Positions 30,944 to 38,979 of a stretch of 64,000 bases of DNA are shown in pieces. The stretch is from assembly GCA_040218735.1 (NCBI GenBank), contig JAVJQW010000017.1, positions 224,001-288,000 on the forward strand, in the 5' to 3' direction. A model generated the notes under the pieces. The model was not told where the DNA came from. It saw only the letters and a program-made list of their open reading frames with translations, and made no database searches. Position 1 is the stretch's first letter, and each line of letters starts with the position of its first letter. The stretch is from Deltaproteobacteria bacterium (GTDB lineage Bacteria > Myxococcota > Kuafuiibacteriia > Kuafuiibacteriales > Kuafuiibacteriaceae). The translations under genes and the position numbers were made by a program.

Positions 30944-31038
30944 GCGAGACAAACCGACCCCGACGTCTTTTTAGTCTCGGCATTCCGGTGTGGCCGCCGA
31001 CACGTCATCGACCTCGACCGAGGTTCACTGATCTCCGG

Positions 31039-31968
31039 CTACAGCCCGATCCAGCTCGAGCCCGCCAGCACCCACAGCGACACCCGCGAGACGCCCGGCG
31101 CGCGTTCGATGAACGGCGCGTAGCCGCCGATCGCGGTGACGAAGAAGTCTTCGAAGGTGGCGTGGGTCTGCAGACCGAAGCCAACCGCGTTCGTCCCGTC
31201 GAACCGCGCGGCGTCGACGAAGGGCGTGAGCTCGACGGGGCCCAGGTTCGCCGCGATCCCCGCGCGCCCCGCGACGTAGTCCTCGACCCACCACTCCGCC
31301 CACGCGGCGCCCGCGAGCGGTATGACGTACGGGTTGAGGCCGCCGAGCCGCGTCGTGGTGAGGAAGTCGAGGTTCTCGCCGACGCCGAACCACGCCGACA
31401 CGCGGGGCGCGACCCCCCACCGCGGCGCCCAGGTGAAGGTGCCCTCGACGTTCACGCCGACGCGTTCACCGCCGAGGTACGCGCGCGTCCCGAGCTCGGC
31501 GCGCAAGGGCTCGGACCAGTACCCGGCGAACGCGCCGGGTTCGAGGCGCGCGGTGGGATCGGGCGTCGCGATCCGTGTTTCGTCGGAGCGCGCGAAGAAT
31601 AGGTAGCCACGCGCGCGAGCGCGCAGGCCGGAGTAGAAGCCGTGGCCGAGGTTTTCGACCCAGCCGCCGTTCACCTCCCCCATCATCGCGACGAGCGCGC
31701 GGCTCGGATCCTTGGCGCCGTTCGACCACGGCGAGATCAACATCTGCGCGGCGAAACCTTGGAGCCGCAGCGTCACCCACGCGCGGCCGGTCGCGTGCGT
31801 CGGCGCGTACGACAGCTCGACCGTGTCGGTTCGGAGCTGAAGGCTGTAGGGCCCCGAGCGGAGCCCCGCGTCGAGGACGCCGTGGGGATCCGCGTCGATC
31901 TGCCCGCCCAGCGCCGCGAACGCCTCGGGCGTGCCCGCGAGGCACAGGAGCAGGAGCGCGCCCGTCAT
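31039..31968 (-). CDS. Exported hypothetical protein, likely beta-barrel
   Basis: ATG at 31968 overlaps the kinase stop; signal peptide; aromatic/Gly-rich amphipathic strands. Confidence 0.7.
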   Translation of the reverse strand: MTGALLLLCLAGTPEAFAALGGQIDADPHGVLDAGLRSGPYSLQLRTDTVELSYAPTHATGRAWVTLRLQGFAAQMLISPWSNGAKDPSRALVAMMGEVNGGWVENLGHGFYSGLRARARGYLFFARSDETRIATPDPTARLEPGAFAGYWSEPLRAELGTRAYLGGERVGVNVEGTFTWAPRWGVAPRVSAWFGVGENLDFLTTTRLGGLNPYVIPLAGAAWAEWWVEDYVAGRAGIAANLGPVELTPFVDAARFDGTNAVGFGLQTHATFEDFFVTAIGGYAPFIERAPGVSRVSLWVLAGSSWIGL

Positions 31969-33803
31969 CGCCGTCCGTCGATGATGCGCTCCGGGCGCCA
32001 CGCCGCGGCGAGCGCGAGGAACGCGGCGAAGTGACTGCCGGCGAGCGCGTAGAGGACGTAGTCCGGGTCGGTCGTCGCGATCGCCGCGCCGATCAAATAG
32101 ACGAGCGGCGCGACGAACATACGTCGGTCGATCGTGATCGTGAGGACCGCGAACACCGCGCCAAAGAGCGCGAAGTCCGTGAGGAGCGACGACTCGAGCG
32201 AACGACCAAGGCGCCACGTCAACGGCCGCGCGAGGCCCTCCGCGATCACGAGGAAGAACGCGACCGCGGTGAGCTGTCGGTTCACCAGCGTCTTCGAGAG
32301 GCTCTCGCGCGCCCACCACACCACGACGATCGTGTCGACGAGCTTGAGCCCACTCACGAGGTACAGCTCCGTGTACCCGACGTCGTGCCCAGCGCGCTGC
32401 AACAGCGCGAGCCCGAGCGGCAGCCCGCCCCACGCGACGGCGGCGACCAACATCAGGAACGCACGCGTGCGACGCCCCACCGACAGATCCCGCTGCGCGC
32501 CGACGTTCCTGAGGTGCTCGAGCGCCCGGGTGCGTCTGTCGAGGCGCGCCCGCGCGTCCGCGAGGGTGTCGCGATCCACGGCCCGCTCGTCCTGCCCTTC
32601 GAGCTCGTCGAGCAGCACCGTCGCCGCCTCGACGTGATCCCGCGACAGCTCGTGTTCGAACATGCGCAGGAGTGAGCGCACCAAACCGTCGCGCGCGGCG
32701 CGGTTCGCCGGCCAGGTGCGCAAGGCCTCCTGGAACGCGAAGCGACACTCCCCGAAGAACTTCTGGTGCTGCGTCGCGTCGGCTTCGTCGAGCACCGCGG
32801 TCCACGCTTCGTAACGCTCCTGCCCGAGCCCGGTGAGGCGGCGCGACGACTCACGTTCGAGGTAACGCTCGAGCGCTTCGCGGAAGGCGCGCGCGGAGCG
32901 AATGCGCAGCTTCGGATCGAGATCCGTCGCGCGGTTGCACAGCTCGCCGAGCACCGCGGGGACGTCGTCGGGATAGTCGACCGGCTCGGACGCGAGTGAC
33001 GACAACAGCGATGTCTTCACGTCGTCGTACGGGTGGCGCTTCGTCTTCGTGAGGATCTCGTGGAGGATCGCGCCGAGCAGGTAGACGTCGGTGCGCTCGT
33101 TCAGATCGGCGCCGGTCTCCTGCACCATCTCCGGCGCCATGTACCCCGGCGTGCCCGACACGCCGCGTACGTCGGCGGCGCGCAGGAGGCGACCGTCGCG
33201 ATCGTCGCCGAGGGTCACCGCGATGCCCCAGTCGAGGACGTACACCTCGCCGAAGGCACCGATCATCACGTTGTCCGGCTTGAGGTCGCGGTGCACCACG
33301 CCGCGCGAGACCGCGTACTCGACGGCGCGGCAGACCTGCATCAGCGTCTCGAGGTGCCACTTGAGATCGCGGTCTTCGTCGTGGATGACGCGCGACCACG
33401 GCTCCCCCTCGATCCGCTTCATCACGATCACCGGGTGCTGCGCGTCGTCGACGCCGACGCTGTAGATCGGGACGATGTTGGGGTGCTCGAGCGCACCCGT
33501 GACCCACGCTTCGCGGAGGAGCTGCAGCGCGAACTGCGGCTCGGTGCGATCCACGCGCAGTGTCTTCACCGCGACCTCACGCCCGATCGCGGTCTGGCGC
33601 CCGAGGCGCACGAGGCCCATGCCGCCCTCGCCGAGCGTGGCGTCGATCTCGATCGCGTCCGCCGTTCCTGTGCCCACCCTCGGGAGCGCGGCGATCAGGC
33701 GATCGACGTCGGCGGCGGGGAGCAGCTCGGGCGTGACCAGCGCGCCGTTCGAGGAGCGCACGACGGTCTCGACGAGCGTCTGGACCCGTTCCTCCGCCTG
33801 CAC
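31965..33803 (-). CDS. Ser/Thr protein kinase with C-terminal multi-TM domain
   Basis: LGEGGMG, VAVK, HRDLKPDN, DWG and GTPGYMAPE motifs; about 6 C-terminal TM helices. GTG start at 33803 is inferred. Confidence 0.93.
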   Translation of the reverse strand: MQAEERVQTLVETVVRSSNGALVTPELLPAADVDRLIAALPRVGTGTADAIEIDATLGEGGMGLVRLGRQTAIGREVAVKTLRVDRTEPQFALQLLREAWVTGALEHPNIVPIYSVGVDDAQHPVIVMKRIEGEPWSRVIHDEDRDLKWHLETLMQVCRAVEYAVSRGVVHRDLKPDNVMIGAFGEVYVLDWGIAVTLGDDRDGRLLRAADVRGVSGTPGYMAPEMVQETGADLNERTDVYLLGAILHEILTKTKRHPYDDVKTSLLSSLASEPVDYPDDVPAVLGELCNRATDLDPKLRIRSARAFREALERYLERESSRRLTGLGQERYEAWTAVLDEADATQHQKFFGECRFAFQEALRTWPANRAARDGLVRSLLRMFEHELSRDHVEAATVLLDELEGQDERAVDRDTLADARARLDRRTRALEHLRNVGAQRDLSVGRRTRAFLMLVAAVAWGGLPLGLALLQRAGHDVGYTELYLVSGLKLVDTIVVVWWARESLSKTLVNRQLTAVAFFLVIAEGLARPLTWRLGRSLESSLLTDFALFGAVFAVLTITIDRRMFVAPLVYLIGAAIATTDPDYVLYALAGSHFAAFLALAAAWRPERIIDGRR

Positions 33804-33817
33804 CCGCGCAGGGTACC

Positions 33818-34399
33818 TCAGATCCAGCGCCGCACGCGCCGCCGGTACGACCGGTAGCGCTCGCCGTGCACTCCGTCGAGGTAGACCTCCTCCACGCGGA
33901 CCTGCACCTGGATGAGCACCTCCGCGAGGATCGCCGCGGTCAGCGACAGCACGTTCGGGGCGGCGAGCACCAGCCCGAGCATCGCCACCCGCATCCCGAG
34001 GAAGACCGGGTTGCGCGAGCGCCCGAAGAGACCGGCGGTGACCAGGGGGGTCTTGGCCGCGTCCGGATCCACGCCGATCCGCCACGAGTCACCCATGTGA
34101 ACCTGCGCGAGCACGATCCACGCGAGCGCCGCGACGAGGAGCGCCGCCCCCGCCGCCTCGACCGCAGGGAGCTTCAGGACCTCGATGGGCACGAGCCGCG
34201 CGCCGGCACCGACCGCGACGACGTCGAGCGCGACGAGCGCCACGACCACGACGAGCATGCGCCCGACGTACCCGCGCAGGTCGTCGCGCCAACGCTCGAC
34301 GAACGGGTCCGCGCCGGTGCGGCGCCGAACGAGGACGACACGCACCACGAATACGAGCGACAGGCACACCACGAAGTAGGCCGGCAGGAAGTACCTCAT
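33818..34399 (-). CDS. Isoprenylcysteine carboxylmethyltransferase/PEMT family membrane protein
   Basis: AQVHMGDSWRIGVD...LVTAGLFGRSRNPVFLG...EEVYL...YRRRVRRWI; ATGA overlap with arsR. Confidence 0.88.
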   Translation of the reverse strand: MRYFLPAYFVVCLSLVFVVRVVLVRRRTGADPFVERWRDDLRGYVGRMLVVVVALVALDVVAVGAGARLVPIEVLKLPAVEAAGAALLVAALAWIVLAQVHMGDSWRIGVDPDAAKTPLVTAGLFGRSRNPVFLGMRVAMLGLVLAAPNVLSLTAAILAEVLIQVQVRVEEVYLDGVHGERYRSYRRRVRRWI

Positions 34400-34704
34400 C
34401 GCTTCCTCCCGTGCGCGACGTGCTCCAGCCCGACGTCGATCAGCGTTCGGACGTGATCGTCGGCCAGCGCGTAGAAGACGTGGCGGCCCTCCTTGCGGGC
34501 GGTGACGAGGTCGCCGTCGCGGAGCTTCCGCAGCTGGTGCGAAGCGGCGGACTGCTCGATGTCGAACCGCTCCGTGAGGTCGTGGACACACTGCTCCTTC
34601 GCAGCGATCGCGGCGAGGAGCTTCAGGCGGGTGGGATCACCCAAGGACTTGAAGATCGCGGCGAGCGCATCGAGGCGCTGGGGCGAAGGCATTCGCTTCG
34701 GCAT
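34396..34704 (-). CDS. ArsR/SmtB family transcriptional repressor
   Basis: FKSLGDPTRLKLL, CVHDL, QSAASHQLRKLR and YALADDHV...LEHV (alpha5-type metal site). Confidence 0.93.
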   Translation of the reverse strand: MPKRMPSPQRLDALAAIFKSLGDPTRLKLLAAIAAKEQCVHDLTERFDIEQSAASHQLRKLRDGDLVTARKEGRHVFYALADDHVRTLIDVGLEHVAHGRKR

Positions 34705-34710
34705 GAACGA

Positions 34711-34741
34711 ATGAATAAATGATCATTTATTCATGCGTCAA
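34711..34741 (-). promoter_or_regulatory. ArsR operator (perfect 24-bp palindrome) next to a TTGACG -35
   Basis: ATGAATAAATGA|TCATTTATTCAT at 34711-34734; TTGACG on the minus strand at 34741-34736; ATG 6 nt beyond the palindrome. Confidence 0.85.
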
Positions 34742-34773
34742 CCCCCGCCGAGCCCGACCGTCTCGACGCTGCG

Positions 34774-37700
34774 CTACTTCTGATGCGTTCCGCCGTCTTC
34801 GAAGGGCGGATCGTTGTGCCCCCCGCTTCCGCCGCCGCCGCCGCCGCCGCCGTCGCCGAGACTGCACGGGCTGCTGTTCGGCAGGGTGGTGAGGCCGGCC
34901 ACGTACCCGGGGCACGTTTGGGACTCGCTGTGGCGCTCGAAGATGTCGCAGACCTCGTGAAGCTGGGCACCGTCCTCGATCGCTACGCGCGCCAGGGACT
35001 TCAGCAGCCGATCCTCCGACAACAACGACTCGTGCGCGCGCCAGTCGGCCCACATTCGCGGAAGGCAGCGGCCGCCTAGAACGACATCGTCATCGTCGGC
35101 GATGGCTCGTGGGTCGTGCACGAGGTAGCCGTTCGAGTTGAGTCGCCAGTGGATGCCGGAGTTCGGGGCACCCGGCTGGTCGCTCCCGTCGAAGAAGTCA
35201 TGGAGCAGCGAGGCGACCCGACGCACCTGGCTGGTGAAGGTCGCGTCGTTCGACCCGTCCGCGTTCTCCTTGAAGTCTTCGTCGAGGCCGACGCTGATGG
35301 CTCCCGTGACGGTCGGCTCGGACCGGGCGTAGTCGATGTCGTTGGAGTTGTAGTGATGCGCAACCCCGAAGTAGTCGGTTCCACCGACGACCTGCGAGGC
35401 CATGAAGTCTGCGAACCCCTCCGTCAAGTACGCGGCTTCGTCGCCCGGACCCTGACTCGCCGCCTCCAGCATGAGCTGCGGGAACACCGTCTCGAAGTCG
35501 TGCGCCATCAGCGCGCACATCACGGTGTGGCCGTACTCGTGCACGGCGACGCCGCGACTCTCGAGGTTCCGATCCACGAGAATGACGTCGTACGCCGTGA
35601 CGGCACCGACCAAGGCGAACGCGGGATCGAGCACGCTCAGAAGTGCGTCGAGCGCAGCCGAGGTCAGGGTGGGCGATCGTCCGAGGCACGGCGCGAAGGA
35701 TCGGTCATTCGTCGACACCAGATCCGCGAGGGGCCCGACGAGGACCGAAATCTTCGGTGGCTCGTAGCCCAGCACTTCGGTGCTGTACGCCCCGGCGTCC
35801 GACATCTGCGCGAGCACGTTCACGAGGCGTTTGCGAACGTGGATCGTTCGGGATGTCGCCGTCGACAACCGCTCTAGCCGTTCGACGCACACGTCCTCCG
35901 TGTAGAAGCCGCGCGTGAGCCTCGCCCACTTGTTCTCGAGCGTGATGCAAACACGGCCTTCGAGGTTCTTCGCGATCCGCAGTCGGGCGTGGCCGTTTTC
36001 GTCGGTCGTCGTGGTGAAGGTGGCGATGCCCTGCCGAACACGTACCGTTACACCTGCGAGCTCGATCGGCGTGCCCCGCCAACCGCTTCGCATGACCGTA
36101 TCGATCGGGTTGCCGGCTGCGTCGGTGGCGTAGAATCCCGGATCCGTGTTGTCGAGAACGAAGTCGATGTCGAGCTCCACTTCACCGCGGATCAGCTTGG
36201 TGATCTGACCGATTCGATCGCCGATGAACTGGACGCTGTCGATGAACTGATCCGTCGCGAAGGACACCAGCTTGTTCGTGAGCCAGCCAACGAGCGCGCT
36301 TTCGTCCTGGCAGACCTGTCCGAAGTCCTCCGTCTCGAAGCACTGGGGACGAGCGTTGTAGTCGAAGGCGTGGGAGCCGAGGAATTCGATGTCCAACTGG
36401 TACCGCCGGCCGTCACGCCGCGCCTCTGGCACGGGGATCTGATGGAGGACCATCGCGTCGACGAGCGGCTCGTACCCAGCTGCGACGCCCGCGATGGTGT
36501 CGTCGCGGATCATGTTGAACATCTCGCCCGGGATGGCCGCAAAGAACCACTGGCGTACGACGCCGTCCGCTTCGCCGTATGCGACGGCATCGGCGCTGGA
36601 GAAGTCGGCGAGCTCGCTTTCGAAGATCGGCATCGTCTGGATGTGTGCGCCGAGCTGTCGGAGCCCGAGCACGTCTTCCGCGCGCATGAAGAGGTTCGTG
36701 TAGTAGAGGATCGGCTCGCCATTGGCGTCCTCGGCGACCCGCGGTACGGCCGACCAGTCGAAGCTCTGCAGGATGCTCGTGGCTTCGAATTGGCTCAGCC
36801 CCGGCTGCTGGAACGCTTGAGGCGTGCGCCGGCAACTTTCGCCGGAGTACTGCACGTAGCCGTCCGGCCCCGCGGATGCGATGTGGTAGCAGTAGCGCGT
36901 GTCGGGCTGTAGGCCGGCGTGTGTGGCCTCCCGCCAGCCGCCCGCGCTGCCCTCATTGTGCACGAGCGTCCACGCCGCGTCGGTGCTTGGACGTCCGTAG
37001 ACGGCCGTCGCGGAGGCCTGGCTGCAGTTGGCCGTGTACTGCACGGTGAGGGAGTCCGGCGTGAAGCCCGTAAATGGCGGCTTCGCCTGGATGCCGGAGC
37101 CGATCTGCGGGGCGGCGCACGCAGGTGGCGGCGTCGTCGTGCACTCGACGGGGCTCTGCTGTTCGTGACCGTCGACCGTGGTCTCGACGTAGAAGCAATG
37201 GGTTTCGTCGGGGTGAAGGCCGCTGACCGTTGCCACGCGCCATCCGCCCTGGTTGTACCCGTCGCTCTTGATCAGCGAGAAGGCGCCGGACGTCCCGGCG
37301 CGGTGGTAGACGCGCGTCGAGCTCTCGCCCGCGCACTGGTCATGGTACTGGACGTCGATCCGTCCCGCGGTCCGGACCACGAAGGGCTCGTTCCCCATCC
37401 CTCCGATGACGGGCGGCCCGCAGCGGATCGGCTCCGTCCCCTTGCACTTCACTTCGGAGGTCTTCACGAGATCCCCACGGACCGTCTTCGTGTAGAAGCA
37501 GTACGTCGTACGCGGATCGAGCCCGGAGTGGGTCGTCGTCTTCCAGCTCGTGCTCGGCGGGGCGGCGTCGATCGCGGCGAACCCACCGATGTAACCTCGG
37601 CGCGCGAACACGGTCGTGCTGTCGCCGAGCAAGCACTGGTCGCGGTGCTGAATGGTGATGCTGTTCGACGTGACGTCGACGAACGGCTCGACGGGGCTCG

Positions 37701-37833
37701 AGCACCCGGATTCGCAACCGATCTTCGGGTCGTTGCAGATCGCCACGGCGCCGCGGGCGTCCGCTCGCGCCGACGACAAGAGCGCGAACATGGCACATGC
37801 AGCGCCGATCCACTGGGGTCTTCGATAAGGCAT
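34774..37833 (-). CDS. Secreted zinc metalloprotease-like protein with three N-terminal FN3-like repeats
   Basis: ATG at 37833 after AGGAG; signal peptide; three Cys-containing repeats (LDPRTTYCFY / LHPDETHCFY / LQPDTRYCYH); AVHEYGH...EGFADF. Confidence 0.8.
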   Translation of the reverse strand: MPYRRPQWIGAACAMFALLSSARADARGAVAICNDPKIGCESGCSSPVEPFVDVTSNSITIQHRDQCLLGDSTTVFARRGYIGGFAAIDAAPPSTSWKTTTHSGLDPRTTYCFYTKTVRGDLVKTSEVKCKGTEPIRCGPPVIGGMGNEPFVVRTAGRIDVQYHDQCAGESSTRVYHRAGTSGAFSLIKSDGYNQGGWRVATVSGLHPDETHCFYVETTVDGHEQQSPVECTTTPPPACAAPQIGSGIQAKPPFTGFTPDSLTVQYTANCSQASATAVYGRPSTDAAWTLVHNEGSAGGWREATHAGLQPDTRYCYHIASAGPDGYVQYSGESCRRTPQAFQQPGLSQFEATSILQSFDWSAVPRVAEDANGEPILYYTNLFMRAEDVLGLRQLGAHIQTMPIFESELADFSSADAVAYGEADGVVRQWFFAAIPGEMFNMIRDDTIAGVAAGYEPLVDAMVLHQIPVPEARRDGRRYQLDIEFLGSHAFDYNARPQCFETEDFGQVCQDESALVGWLTNKLVSFATDQFIDSVQFIGDRIGQITKLIRGEVELDIDFVLDNTDPGFYATDAAGNPIDTVMRSGWRGTPIELAGVTVRVRQGIATFTTTTDENGHARLRIAKNLEGRVCITLENKWARLTRGFYTEDVCVERLERLSTATSRTIHVRKRLVNVLAQMSDAGAYSTEVLGYEPPKISVLVGPLADLVSTNDRSFAPCLGRSPTLTSAALDALLSVLDPAFALVGAVTAYDVILVDRNLESRGVAVHEYGHTVMCALMAHDFETVFPQLMLEAASQGPGDEAAYLTEGFADFMASQVVGGTDYFGVAHHYNSNDIDYARSEPTVTGAISVGLDEDFKENADGSNDATFTSQVRRVASLLHDFFDGSDQPGAPNSGIHWRLNSNGYLVHDPRAIADDDDVVLGGRCLPRMWADWRAHESLLSEDRLLKSLARVAIEDGAQLHEVCDIFERHSESQTCPGYVAGLTTLPNSSPCSLGDGGGGGGGGSGGHNDPPFEDGGTHQK

Positions 37834-38080
37834 TGGTGTTCTCCTGGAAAAATGAAGGTGTGCCGGCACGGTCCGTGGCGGCCTCGCCCCGCTGGCGTTC
37901 CGATTCGCGGAACATTGTTCCGTCGAGGCGTTACGGCCCACGTGTGAGCGCGAGCGTGACCCAGGCAGGCTCCAACAGACGTTTCAGGAGTTCATCGCGG
38001 CGTGGGCGGCGCCTTCGCTCGAGGCGGAGCTCGGTGAGAGCACGTTTGTCTGCTGCAGGCGCGTCGGGTTGTGCGCGTGG

Positions 38081-38530
38081 TCACCCCCCGCCGAGCCCGA
38101 CGGTCTCTCCCGCGAGCATCGACCCGGAGTCGAGGCACAGCAGACGGACGCGCCCGGTGGCGACGGTGCGCCCGGACTCGTCGGTCACGGTGCCCGCCCA
38201 GACCTGGCTCTTGCGGCCTCGTGTCACGGGGGTGGCGCGGCAAGTCAGCTTGCCTTCGCGCACCGCGCGGATGAACGAGGTGCTGTTCTCGAGGCCGACG
38301 ACGGACTGGTTGTTCTTCATCGCGGCGATCGCAGCGCCGGTGGAGCACACGGTTTCGATCACCGCGCAGTGCACGCCGCCGTGGACGATGCCGTAGGGCT
38401 GTTGCAGCTCGGGTTTGACGGTGAGCTCGGCGACGACTTCGTCTTCGCTGGCGGCGACGAAGGTCAGGCCGATGTTTTCGTTGAAGCCACCGCGGGCTTG
38501 GTTGAGGGCGTCGAGGTCGACTTCTTTCAC
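38081..38530 (-). CDS. PaaI family thioesterase
   Basis: QQPYGIVHGGV, VVGLENSTSFIRAVREG and GRKSQVW motifs. Confidence 0.93.
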   Translation of the reverse strand: MKEVDLDALNQARGGFNENIGLTFVAASEDEVVAELTVKPELQQPYGIVHGGVHCAVIETVCSTGAAIAAMKNNQSVVGLENSTSFIRAVREGKLTCRATPVTRGRKSQVWAGTVTDESGRTVATGRVRLLCLDSGSMLAGETVGLGGG

Positions 38531-38535
38531 GGCCC

Positions 38536-38979
38536 CTAACGAACCGTGAGCGTCGCGCTGGTGTCCACCTCGACGCTGCGCCCGTCGATGTCGGCGACGG
38601 TGGCCTTCTCGATGGCGAGGCGCCCCTCCGTGCCGTCCCCGAGGAGGCGGAACGTCGCGACGGCCCCGAACGCGGGTAGACCCACGCCGCGTTTGTCCCC
38701 CGCGAAGAGGACCGCGCGGTTCGACCCGGCGCCGCGGACCTCGACGGTGTCGAGGGGGAGCCCCGCGGGGGCCTTGGCGTCGTCGAACGTGAAGGTCCCG
38801 CCGTCGATCTTCAGCACGACCTGCACGGCGCGAACGCTGGCGGGTGCGTTGTTGACCTCGAGCGCGACACGATCGGCGCCCTGGCGCACGAGCTTCAGAC
38901 GCGCGGTGGCCGGCTCCTCGACCGTGCCTCCCTTACAACTCACGAGCGCAAACAGCGCGACGAGCACGAGACGTTTCAT
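38536..38979 (-). CDS. Cohesin-like lipoprotein
   Basis: ATG at 38979 overlaps the amylase stop (ATGA); lipobox LVSC; all-beta domain of about 130 aa with a cohesin-like strand pattern. Confidence 0.7.
   Translation of the reverse strand: MKRLVLVALFALVSCKGGTVEEPATARLKLVRQGADRVALEVNNAPASVRAVQVVLKIDGGTFTFDDAKAPAGLPLDTVEVRGAGSNRAVLFAGDKRGVGLPAFGAVATFRLLGDGTEGRLAIEKATVADIDGRSVEVDTSATLTVR

Noticed and set aside
34828-34856. GCC trinucleotide run as a contingency locus
   Set aside because: It encodes in-frame poly-Gly at a protein tail, so slippage would not switch the frame.
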